Origin: Rhodosorus marinus CCMP1338
Taxonomy: Eukaryota > Plantae > Rhodophyta
Reading direction: 5' to 3'
Assembly: GCA_029953675.1 (NCBI GenBank)
Contig: JAMWBK010000005.1
Coordinates: 620,001-684,000 of the forward strand
Length of the DNA stretch: 64,000 bases
Below the pieces are notes generated by a model. The model searched no databases. It was not told where the DNA came from and saw only the letters and a list, made by a program, of their open reading frames with translations. Every line of letters begins with the position of its first letter. Within the stretch, counting starts at the first letter, position 1. Positions 12,301-23,543 of the stretch are shown piece by piece. The translations under genes were made by a program, and so were the position numbers.

Positions 12301-13861
12301 TTAGATATCTTTTGCTTCTGACTCTGCAAGCGTAGGCTTGCATTCAACTGCTTCAACTGCTTCACCTGAGAGGCCTACATCCACGGTTAAGAATTTCACC
12401 AGCTCATCCGTAAACTTCGCCTTCAATGATTTCAGGCCGCTTTCCTCGAGTACGGAAATTAGGGTCGGGCTGCGGACATCCTTGAAGTAAAGACCAGTCT
12501 TCTTGTACGAGGCCTTGAGATCGTTCTTGGACAAGACGTCAATCCACGGCTGTTCAGGCTTGAGGAACTGCTCTTTCATGTCCCTCCGCAGCTCCAGTTG
12601 GTCTTCAACAGACATGCCGCAGTCTTCTGTCAAATCGATTACATATACTATTACCGATTGAAGGTGCTGTAAAGACGCAATCGCCAGCTTTTCGATGTCA
12701 TTTCGTTCACTAAGCGGACGCTTAAGCAGACCTGGAGTATCCATCATCTAAGCGAAGACGCAAACGGGATAAAGGGGTTAAGCCCAAACTTCCTAATAGC
12801 ACGCGTAACCTTTCTCTCACGCGTAGCAAACGGCGACTCGGGGAGGATAGCCACAGAAATCTGACTTTCGGCGATGGTGTTGCTTACCTGGAATGTGCTG
12901 TTCTGTATACGAAAATACCCCATAATGATCTGACGGGTTGTAAAGGGGTACGAGCTCACTTCTGGAGTAGCTGTACTAAGCTTCTTTACTAGGCTAGACT
13001 TGCCAACATTCGGAGCTCCACTAATGAGAACTGTTGGGAGCTTAACGTCTGGTATCTGTAAATTGTCATAAGCAACAGGAGAAGTGGCTTTGAGAAACAA
13101 GATACAGTAGTTTTTGAGCTATCAGTGTTTGCTCAAGTTGGGCATACCTGAAGGCGTCGCAAGGTTCCGGATATGGATTGCAGATCCAAAAGCAATCTTA
13201 GGCTATTTGCATACGAATTTTTCATAGACAAAAATGTTTCTTGTCTAATTCTGGTCATATCCAGTCTAGTCGACGCGTTCTGCACCGCTTCTTGTTGCAG
13301 CTTGGCGTGATTGTGGAGTCTCCGCTGAAGCTCAGATGCTCTTTCAAGAAGATCATCATAGCATCTGTGATACAAACATGAAATGAGACGTCTAAGTACC
13401 TCAAGCGGCTTTGGTGCATCAGGTGCAAGCTTTCCTTACTCGTATTTTTTGAGATTTTCGGCATTCATACAGAGCTGAACGACAGTTCTCTCGAATTCGT
13501 GGAGGCTCTGCTCCTTCGGGAACAGCTTCAGATCCCTATCCAGAGGTTCAACAAGCATCGATCGCAAGGTCATGATTTTGTGTCTCTCGTTCAATCTGTG
13601 CACATCCTTGTAAGTCTTGTGCCTTTTCCGTCGCTTCGGAATCTCTTGTACTTCCGCAACCTTGAGCGCTTTCTTTAGCAGCTTCTCCGGAGGTTTTATT
13701 GAGGGAAGTCGTCGAAAGGGGCTCCTACTCGGCTTCAAACCGTACAGATCCTCCCAAATCGACTTTACATCCTGCTCCGTTCCCTTCTCTGGGACTGTAC
13801 ACAACTTCCTAGCCAGATGAGACCCTCCTCGCTTCAGAACGTTCACCGTATTTGTCAACAT
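12301..13861 (-). CDS. NOG1-family (OBG superfamily) GTP-binding protein, probably organelle-targeted, multi-exon
   Basis: G1 SGAPNVGKSS, G2 YPFTT, G3 DTPGLL and G4 SKND; RPLSERNDIEKLAIASLQHL and YVIDLTEDCG are typical of NOG1. The N-terminus is presequence-like. Confidence 0.85.
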
Positions 13862-14792
13862 GTAGGCCTTGTATTCCCATTACATGAGTCTTGATACAGA
13901 TCCAATTTCACAGATCATTTTATCACTTCGAACTAGAAGACAATCCAGAAGCGTTCTCCGGCGCCCGGTCGCCAACCCGTGCCTAATTGCTTCTCAGCAA
14001 GTTGAAGAGCTAACTGGCAGAGCTACCTTTTGAGTTGTCTTCATAGACAAGTACTTGGGATTTAACACTGTGCGGAACGAAGGTATCGTCAACGAGGAGG
14101 GCGGCGTTCTGAGCTACTTGAATAAGTCGATGAGTGAGTCTTCAAGCCACGGATGGCGGTTGAGTTGTGGTCAATACAGCGGTTTTCATTCTGTGAAATT
14201 CGAAGCTCATTAGCTTCATTCGTATGTGTCGATGTTTCTTCCGTCACTCGAACGATGCGTTAAACCTGGAAAAGCCCGTCGACGTCCACGTCAATGTGAA
14301 TCAGCTTCAGGCACGGCATATTTTAGGATTCGGATCAGCCAGCAGTGGTAGGCTACGATTAGGAGTGAATCATCTTCCAATTATGCGTTGTCACAGGCTC
14401 ATGAGACGAATGTCTAGACCACATCTCGCTTCGGGATCCGTTTGAACGCTTCTCACGAGCCAGTTTCTTAACTGACAGGTGTCCATTTCGTCGAGATTGA
14501 ATAGTTTTTAAACTTTCGAAGTGTTTTCGGTTCTAACTCCTCCAGTTAAAAAGTTTAAGAACGACGATCGATGCTGAAGACGAGTGGGACATGGGACGCT
14601 AAGTTGTCCCACTCACTAGGTTACGGACGTGGCGAGCCGTTGGCTGGTTCGCATTGAAATACCAGTGCATGAAGGAGAGGAGCTGCCTTTTAATGCCTGA
14701 ACTGCCCGCTTAGGATGTTCGCTCTTAGTTACGAAGATCCCGAGCTTGAGCGACGCAAGGTAAAAACGCATAATAAATAGACACCACTGGGT

Positions 14793-17700
14793 TCAACAGG
14801 TAGGGACGCTGTGGAGGTAGGGGTTGTCCTCTTGAACGAGTCTATCCCTCAGCTCTCTCACTGAGCTGATCGCTTCAGAGGGGGCCATGTTGTCCATTTG
14901 TAGCGCTTTGAACTCTTTTAGAAAGGCTCTGACCTGCTTTTTCGCCTCCGCCATTTTCTCAGCTTCGGGACCATGTTCCACTTCTTCGAGTTCATGAGCT
15001 TTGCGCTTAGCGGCCTGAACAACTCTAGCGGGGAATCCAGCCATCTCGGCAACATGGATGCCGAAGCTTTCATCGCACGGTCCGTCGCGAACCTCGTAGA
15101 GGAATACAAGCTTTCCCTCCGAGTCGTTCGTCGCAGTAACGTGCAGGTTTTGGACGTTCTCGTGGACAGTAGATAGGCTCGTCAATTCGTGGAAGTGTGT
15201 TGCAAAAAGGCACGATGCCCGTATCTTCGTCTGTAGAAACCGAAGCCAAACGGAAAACCGAAGATTAAGAGCTTATTGGACAGCAAACTTCTGTAAACCG
15301 CCGTTCCAAGCCGCGCTTACCACTATGTGTTCCGATATTGCGTACGCAAGACCGAACCCATCGTAGGTGGATGTCCCCCGCCCAAGCTCGTCTATGATAA
15401 TCAGCGATCTCGAAGTGGCGCTTCTCAGAATTGCAGCTGTCTCGAGCATCTCTGCCATAAACGTAGAAACCCCGCGCAACTGATTGTCGCCAGCTCCGAC
15501 GCGAGCGAGAATTCGGTCTGTTATTGGAATCTCCGCGCTCTGGGCTGGTACGAAGCATCCAATGTGGGCCATCAGTGCAATGACGCCCGCCATTCTGATG
15601 TATGTGGATTTTCCACCCATGTTAGGACCTGTTATGATCGACATCGCAGCGCCATCCCGCTCTCTATTTGCAACCAACTTGATATCGTTGGAGATGAAAG
15701 GCTTCCCGTCCAAGCACTCTTCCACCTTAACACAGGAATGGAAAAACGCACAAGCGAATTCAGACCATGAATCCGGTTTAGCGCACTCGAGGGGTCCATG
15801 AGCCCGGCACTACCATTGGATGTCTTCCAGAATCTATTAGGAGACCGTTTCCAGGCGCCAGAATCGTTGGCCTAGTATACATCTCAGGGGCGTCAGCAGC
15901 TACGCATGCAAACGAGACGAGCACGTCCAACTCCGCGACGGAGATAACGCAATCCTCGAACACTGGCAGGTAAGTAGATACGACTTCAAGTGTTTTTTTC
16001 TTTAGCTCGGACTGCTTAGTGTTGTACTCCTCCGCAAGTTCATAGTATTGGCTGCTTAGGTGCCGCAAGTCCTTGTTTGTGAATCTGCAGAGAGGGCCGT
16101 TACGTCAGAAACAAGTACGAAATCCTATTTTGATGGCACGTTTCAGGTTTGGCAATCCTCCCGAAAACCCGTACCTCACTCCATCCTTCCTCGTCTCGAT
16201 CACAAGGAATGCTTTCCTGTCCCGAATTAGCTTTTCGTCCTTCCTCGTGAGACGATAATAATAGCCCAACCCGTCTTTTTTCTCAAGTTTCAGTTTTTCA
16301 GCGTCTACCCGGAGAGCGTCTCTTGTCGCGTCGTAGGTTCTGAAACCAGCAAGCGTTGCGGTCGGAACAGTAAGCAATAGAGTTCGATAGTTCCGCCAAT
16401 TCACATGAAATTACTCACTCCGATATGTCAGATAGGATCTCATCCTTCTTCTCCTTCAGTTCCATTAGGACCTCGTCGATGGTTGGATTTATAACAAATT
16501 CGTAGTTGTCCAGCTCGTCCAGATCAATCGTAGTCTCAACCAGCGCCTGGTAAGAATCCGTTCTAAAATTTAGCCTGAAGCCCAAAGGCCTAGAAACAAG
16601 GGGGTGTTCGCTTACCTCAAAGTTGGAGAGCTCAGAGGATAGTTCTTGAAGAACATTCACAAACCGCTCTGTGATCCTTGCTTGACAATTCGCGTCCGCA
16701 TGCTCCGAAATAACGGTCCTCAGAAACGGGAGCCGCGCGGAAAACTGATACAGCTTTACGACGTCCTGCAGACTGGCGCTGATTGGTTTCTTCTGAAATT
16801 TCCTGCACGCGAGTGAAATGGAAAGCGCCATTCTGATTAGATTCGAGAAAATAGGGCCTGAATGCGTTGTTGCTTTCCGTCCTAACCTGCATATCGATGA
16901 CAAGTCTGGGATTCGCTTCAAGTGCTCATCTCGCAGTCTGGTCCGCATAGTTGGGTCAAGCAGAAAAGCGTCCACAAGGTCGAGGCGCGTTTCTATGAGC
17001 TTTTTATCCTGCAGGGGCTGGCTCATCCAGCGTCGGAGCAGGCGTGCACCCATCGACGTCTTCGTCTTGTTCAACAGCCCGTACAAACTTGAGGGTCCAG
17101 TTTCGCCGGGTTTCGGGAAAACGTTCAAGGCAGCAAGAGCAGCAGAATCTGTTGCAAACGTCAACTTGCAAATTGAGTGCTTGTTTGCATCCCAGAGCAG
17201 AAGGGGAACGCGAACGCCAAATACGTACCAAGCTTCATGAACGAGTCATTGTCAAGTCGGTTCAACTTCACGTTACCCTCTAGAGACGATCGCTCCAAAA
17301 GACCCAAGTATCTAATAAGGCTTGCTAACGCCGCCATGCCAAGCTTAGCATCGAGAAACTGTACTGCTTCCAGCGACGCACCGACGAGCGTTCGCATGTC
17401 GATTTCAATGAACTCGGCCGAGAAGTCGCTCTTCTTAAGCTTCGTTCGGGCGGCCCCACATTTCGCTAGTACTTCGGATATCTTTGACTCTTCGTAATCC
17501 GATGCATCCTTTGTACAGAAGAGAACCTCTCGTGCCCCAACCGATACGATAATACTCTCTGGTGTACGAAAAGACCAAAAGCTTAGGGAGAACTTTCGCA
17601 AGTTAAGTTCTCAGTACCACGCTTACCCAAATGCGAAAAGAATTCGTCGTCACTGAATTCCCCAATAGAAAGATGGAGACCGCCAGACTGACATGCAGCG

Positions 17701-18393
17701 ACTCCCAAAACGCGACTTCCTTCGATCGTTCCCATCTTGACCGCAACGATGGCACTGCCGTTCATTCAAGGAAAACATGTGAATAAATCAACAGTCGTCT
17801 CTAGCTTCTGGACCAAGATTTGTCCGTCGTCGTTCATACCTATCTCCGTTAGTTGTAGCTCGCGCATTGTGTTCAAGAAACTCATCCAACTCGTCATGTC
17901 GAGCTGGAGACCCGGACGCCTTCATTGACGCAGAACCTCCACTTCTTGACCAAAGTTCAACCTTCCTACCAGCAGATGAAAGCGCTGCAGTTATGAGGTC
18001 CGAAACGAGGCGGTAGTTTAGCCTCAAGGTCGGAACCACCTGCAGATTCCGGATTTGAATCTGCTCGACGCTGTGGAGGTTCTCCAAGTTGCAAGAGGCA
18101 ACAAGCTCAATGTCGGAATTTCCATGCACCGAGTAGACTCCATTCTTATGTTCGTAGATTCTCAACGGTCTATCAACCCTATGTCAACCAACCACCGCAA
18201 AAGTTAGTCAGCCACGAAGCCGGGCGAACCACAGGTCCGGCCTCCAAAAAATCAACGAACAAAAGACCCAAAACCGTTCTTTTTATTGAGGCACTTACTC
18301 CTTCTCAGATCCTTGCAAGCCCTTCAAAACGTGCCTAAAGAATGGACCGCTCTCCTTCAAGGGATTCAGTCCTAGAGACGAACCGTCGCCCAT
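14793..18393 (-). CDS. MSH2: DNA mismatch repair protein MSH2, multi-exon
   Basis: [65 protein letters not shown] and [29 protein letters not shown] at 18393 (MGDGSSL...) is the inferred start. Confidence 0.97.
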
Positions 18394-18649
18394 ATCGCCG
18401 AATTTATTCTCGGAACGGAGTTATTCACTTCCCAACAATGAGATAAATACAGGAAAAACAAGAATGATTGAAAAATCAAGCCAAGAACTACCCCTCAAGC
18501 ACTCACGAGAAGTACCTAACCTACCTCGGCCACTCCCGAATCACACCATCCCCAAGCTCATCTTCCGACACATATCTAAAGAGTCACAACACGCCAATAC
18601 CATTTTTGGCGGGAGCATAACTATACCGCATATTTCCCGCTGAAATTTT

Positions 18650-19213
18650 CGTCAAGGAGGAAGTAGCGTGCATCCTAGAGCGAGGTGGGGATGTTGTACG
18701 CCGTGAGTTTGTGTGTGATCAACGTAAACGTTAATCTCTTGAAAACCCGCCTGAACAAGGTATTTGACATAGATCGGGATATAACCACCTTTTAGAGTGG
18801 CCTACTGACTCTATACCAAAGCACACACTTGTGACTCCACTCTACCTCCTGTAGGACACCCGCCAGGGGTGGTTAGCTTTCCGGAAAACCAATCGTAGCC
18901 CAACTCAGACGCAGGGGGGTGAACCCCACTATCTTAACCTACACCCAAGTAAACGTTGTACTTGATTGTATTCCCTAGTTTGCTTGGTCTTCTTCTGCTT
19001 TCCAGTGAACTTTGGTGCACTAATATCCTTGCCGCTCTGCGTGGGGAGGATCTGCGTTAGGACATCGGCAGATCTATTGTTACATAATCCATAGTGATTG
19101 ATACTATAATCGTTAGCGTGTTCTATTGGATCTTCACAGTTGTTGAGTATCGCCCATTGGGCGTTACTCAACAGGGAGGCGGCCCACGTTAGGAAATCTG
19201 TGCGCTGATACAA
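18650..19213 (-). mobile_element. Degenerate fragment resembling an R2/NeSL-like (RLE-clade) non-LTR retrotransposon, covering the region just upstream of and into the RT
   Basis: Broken minus frames read in order KKTKQTREYNQVQRLL, HPPASELGYDWFSGKL, EWSHKCVLWYRVS and KLTAYNIPTSL*DARYFLL. These recall the R2 motifs R.EY.RVQ.L, L...W..IL, LW.PIS and P..L..AR.V. In-frame stops and frameshifts are present. Assignment is from memory. Confidence 0.4.
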
Positions 19214-19215
19214 TG

Positions 19216-19398
19216 CCTAATTATGGAGGCCAGCTCTCTACACCCTTCCTAAAGTACCTCATTCGGGGACCTTGGCATCCGATTAAAAAAAAAGAACGAA
19301 TGATGATCATCCTAATTTTGGAGGCGCTCTCCCATTATACCCTTCCTAAAGTACCTCATTCGCGGACCTTAGCATCCGATTAAAATAATGATGATCAC
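19216..19398. repeat. Tandem duplication, about 95 bp x 2
   Basis: CCTAATT.TGGAGGC...ACCCTTCCTAAAGTACCTCATTCG.GGACCTT.GCATCCGATTAAAA...AATGATGATCA starts at 19216 and again at 19311. Confidence 0.9.
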
Positions 19399-19666
19399 AC
19401 TATCAGCGGACAGATTTTCGAAGGTGGACGGACACCCGACAGGCAATGGGGCATGCCTCATTAAAAAGCGCTTGCCTCAAGGGGATAATCGTAGAAATTT
19501 CAGAGGTTGCTTTCATCTGGGGTTGATAATGGGGCACTTTCAGAGGCCTGAGTGTCAATAGGGCGTGCCTCATTTGAAATTTATTTTATATATTCGTTAA
19601 ATGGTTGCCTCGTTCTATATGCTCTAGTGCAACTAAAAAATACAATATGTTAATCTCATTCGAATA

Positions 19667-20177
19667 GATCGGAGGTGCATCTTCTCGGAGTGTCGACCCT
19701 TTGATGCGATAGGTTTTGAGCTTGTAAGACCGCTTCTGCAGGATGCTGGTTGATGGGGCGTGGACACAACGATAAGCGTGGTTGAACTCGGCCACAGGGT
19801 TAAGGTTTTGAAAACTGCATCTGCCTTGCGAGACTAAGAGATTGGAAGCGCGTCCAAAGATCAAGTTGATCCCCGAAGCACCCACGCAACCAACGCCGTT
19901 TCAGCAGTCTTGTTTCCGGCTTTCGAGGGTAGTTAGGATCTGAATAAACGGATGAAAGAGTTGTTTCTCTACCAACATCAGATCGCAAGCTTTGGGAATC
20001 GGCACTGTGTCACCGGTGTTTACCGCTGATCATCGATTGCTTTTTAGCGTTTTGGACAGTGTCGCTGGAACGCGCGCTGTCCACGCCCCATCCACCAGCA
20101 TCCTACAGAAGAGTTCTTGCAAGCTCAACCCCTGTCGCATCCAATTGTCGACACTCCGGGAAGGTGCACCTGCGATC
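19667..20177. repeat. Inverted repeat with 100-bp arms (19667-19766 and 20078-20177) and a 311-nt spacer
   Basis: Manual ungapped alignment of the reverse complement of the left arm against the right arm gives 14 mismatches in 100 nt. It is also visible as the shared peptide VHAPSTSILQK...STLRE.AP.I in opposite-strand ORFs. Confidence 0.9.
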
Positions 20178-20579
20178 GGCTTCGCGCGTCAGCTGCTCGC
20201 TCTTCCCTGAAGAAACACGCACGCACCAAACCCTTTCACCAGGCACCCTCGCCCTCAATGCAACCACCCCTGACAGCAATCATTGGGCACGCGTTTTGGA
20301 CTCATTATTTCAACCAGCCAAGCCGCTTAGAATCGTGGACTTGGCTTGGAAGGGGGCAATGGGGGCATCAAATTCGTTGAAATCTGGACCATTTCTTAAT
20401 TGGGGCCAGTGGGGCATGCTGAGCCTGACGTTGCTGACATTGCTGAGTTCTAGTGGCGTAGGTTGTTCGGTAAATTTTCAGGTGGATAGAATATGGACAA
20501 AAAGTAGAAATGAATATGGTCTCTGAATCAAATTCTGGTAAAACGCTGTCCGATAAGTCGTCCGATATTCAATCAATGT

Positions 20580-20781
20580 TAGTCTAATAATCAATCATCT
20601 CCGGTCCAGGTAGGTCAATGCCTACCTGGCTGGTCAATACCTACCTGGACAGTAATCATGATTACTTGTGGTATGAGAAGCTCATAGAGATGAACCTGGA
20701 TTAAGTAATCCAGGTTCGTGTCCACTTCTCCGCATGTGAAGCTGTTTCAATCATGTAATGAATCATCATTATGTTAGACTA
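20580..20781. other. Dense cluster of hairpins and palindromes
   Basis: CCAGGTAGG-tcaatg-CCTACCTGG, with a second CCTACCTGGA at 20640; 16-bp palindrome AGTAATCATGATTACT at 20651-20666; TATGAG-aag-CTCATA; GAACCTGGATTA-ag-TAATCCAGGTTC at 20692-20717; enclosing TAGTCTAA/TTAGACTA. Confidence 0.8.
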
Positions 20782-22512
20782 CCTTAGAGTCCCAACAGAT
20801 TACTTATGAAATCGACGGGTTGTCTTAACATTGGTTAAGGTGGCAGCGACCCGGAGTAGAATGGGCGGATTCCGCAGGGAGTTTACTCGTGTGTCCTCTG
20901 GCAGCGTAAGTACTTTGGGGATCGACTCGGTGGTTGGTCGCATTTTCAGTGTCTTCTTAGTTTAGCCCTGTGGCGAAGTTCAGCCGCCCTTATTCCCGAG
21001 GCGATTTTGTCGTGCCGTTCCTATTTCTTCCGCTTCTTTCGTCATCCCGCGGCACCAGAAGCAAAATTGTATCCTAAACTCGCGAGAAGCAAAGAAGAGG
21101 TGATAGGCCCAGGGGGAATCGGTAGGAACTGAAACCTTTGGAAAATCTGAACGACTTAATCTCGCGGCTCAAGTTCCCCTGCGGTTTAGTTCACATACTT
21201 TCACACCCTCCTCACAAGATAGGTGAGTATCCATCCAATCCATATTTGTTGTTGATTGAAAAATACTACAATCGGTTTTGACCATTTATCCAACGAAGCT
21301 TTGGGTTTCTATTCTATTCAGGTCCGATAAACTTCTATTGGATTGGAGTCCCCCGCAAATGCCTTCTATTATCACGCAATACAGGTCCGATGAACGAATA
21401 TCGGACTGTGCGATATTTCTCGGACACAATGGGACGTTTTTTTAACCGGCGGAAACAGACAACCCGGGTTACATTAACTCCACACACCGCCATTCACAGA
21501 TTCCAATCCCGCGCGTTGGACAGGCTCTGCGACTCTCATTCAGTGCAAGTGCCAAAAACCGCGCTACCATGACCCGAGGAGTCCAGCCACACCCAAGCAT
21601 TTTGAGTCAGCTTTTTACAAGCCTGTGAACCCAACCCTCCACGTCAGCTGTTGTGGCGACCCTCGCGAGAAAGTCTGGACTGATTTCCTGCTCGTTCTCG
21701 TAAACACGCAGCTAACTTAAATTCGATAGAAACTAGATTTCTATTTTATATGTGCAAACTTAATAAATGAAAATGTTATGTACTATAAATATAAAATATT
21801 TCGTTGTAGAATGGGTTCCGCCGCCATGAACCAATTAAATACGTAAATATTTGCCATAATTCATAATAAATTGTACATACTCGCAGATTTAAACTTAATC
21901 ATTCAAAAAAATGAACAAGATAATTAAAATAGATATATTTAAATGAGACTCTCAGTATTATTAAAACTTTACGAATAACTTTTCCATGAATTCGACGAAT
22001 TCATTGGTTTCTAAGATTTTCCAGAAAACGTGAATGGTCTTGGAACTTCATAGATTCATCGCTTTCTGAAGTAAAAACTATGACCGAATGTTACCGCAAA
22101 AATTCGTTGTTTAGATTTCATTCAGAGTTTTCAATTTATAATCAGGACCTGACACAACATTCTTTTTGTAGAGGTTGTCGCCTTTTTTTTTTTGGTAGTG
22201 GGCCCTGAATTAAGGGGCTGACGGGTTGTTCGGGGCGGGCAGGCCTAAGGGAAGTTGAAACGAGTCACCAAGGGTTGATGTGGGTCCTATATGGTACTCA
22301 TGTACCAGCAGGTTTTGAGGATCAGCTGGCGGAGGGACGGGTGCTTGTCTTCCGATGCTTTTGTTCATCTGTAGCACTCAGCCGGTGCTGATTAAGTAGT
22401 CGTTCTTGAGGTGGCAGATTGTTTGCGAACGGGGTTCTACTTGAGGTGAGACGTTGCACCCGGTCTGAAAAGAGTTGGGGTTACCCTTGTATTCGAGCAG
22501 ACGAGGTTGTAG

Positions 22513-23348
22513 AGGGACTTGGGACGTTTGAACCTGAATAGAGTGGTGATGGATAAGCAGGGTCCGAGTTTGAGCGTAGACGGCTTCCAGGCGTGCCTGG
22601 ACGTGTTGGAGAAGCTGGAATATTGTGATGAATCGAGTCTGATATCCGCACAATACGACGCAGATGGCTTAAACCCGTGGGAAGCGGAATTCGCTTCTTC
22701 CGTCATATCTGAGATTGAGGATAAACTGCGGCAAAGTGGAAGCATGATCCTTTGCGCTCTAAAGGAGCAGGTTGATCTCACTTTATCCGGAGGAAACAAA
22801 ATTGAACTGGGCTTTTCGTGGGTTATTTTTTTCTCCTCATTATTGTACCTAATGCCCGCCCTGACGTATTTCTACCACCGTCAGAACTTTCTTGGAGCGT
22901 TGTTCGTGATGGTCACAGTAGCCAGCGCCTTCTCGGACAGCATCATCTGGTGGAACCGAGTGGTGAAAACTGCGGATAGAACTATTGCCACGGTTGCTGT
23001 ATCTCTCTCTCCCGTTCGAGCCATTTTTGTCCTTCCCCCAACACTCAGGTAAGCCCGACTCCAAGAGAACTAGAGTCAGTCAGCGTTTAACCAAATGTCC
23101 TTTCGACGTTTCGACGAAATAGGAAAGTAGTCATGCTCTTGCTTGTTGCATCGCTGGGCTCTCTAGCATGGAGTAGACGAAGCAAGAACATGAGCGAGTT
23201 TCGAACGAGGCATTCGGTTTGGCATGCGGTATCCGCGATTGGGTTGACATACTTAGCCACTATTGACCCGGGCTATGACATGCTCACAACCTACGAATTC
23301 TTATCGGGCTTTGCTGAAGGCCAACCCCTTAGTGCTTCCACTATTTAG
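22513..23348 (+). CDS. Multi-pass membrane protein, CREST-superfamily-like; 5' exons unresolved
   Basis: Open frame with several hydrophobic segments and a GTAAG...TAG intron after PPTLR. Motifs VASAFSDS, TADRTIA and HSVWH resemble the CREST SxxxH / D / HxxWH pattern. Confidence 0.55.
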
Positions 23349-23543
23349 ATTTCTAAACAAGGACCGCTCCCTTACTGCTTACACTATTTAGACTTCCACA
23401 CAAGGCTTTATACATTAATGCAGTCGACACGTCAAATAACTTCTTACACTTAAACATAACGCTTAACATGAACTCGAAAAAAACTTAGCAATAACCAACG
23501 ACACCGATCAAGGGTAAGAACACACGATAACCCACGGAGTCGT

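Noticed and set aside
14582-14614. 10-bp hairpin GAGTGGGACA...TGTCCCACTC
   Set aside because: Isolated and short; a stem this size can occur by chance in 64 kb and there is no supporting context.
14680-14700. GCCTTTTA resembling the U5 snRNA loop 1
   Set aside because: The invariant following C is missing and there is no closing stem or Sm site.
19299-19395. ATGATGA as C boxes of C/D snoRNAs
   Set aside because: No CTGA D box at a suitable distance (only CCGA) and no terminal stem.
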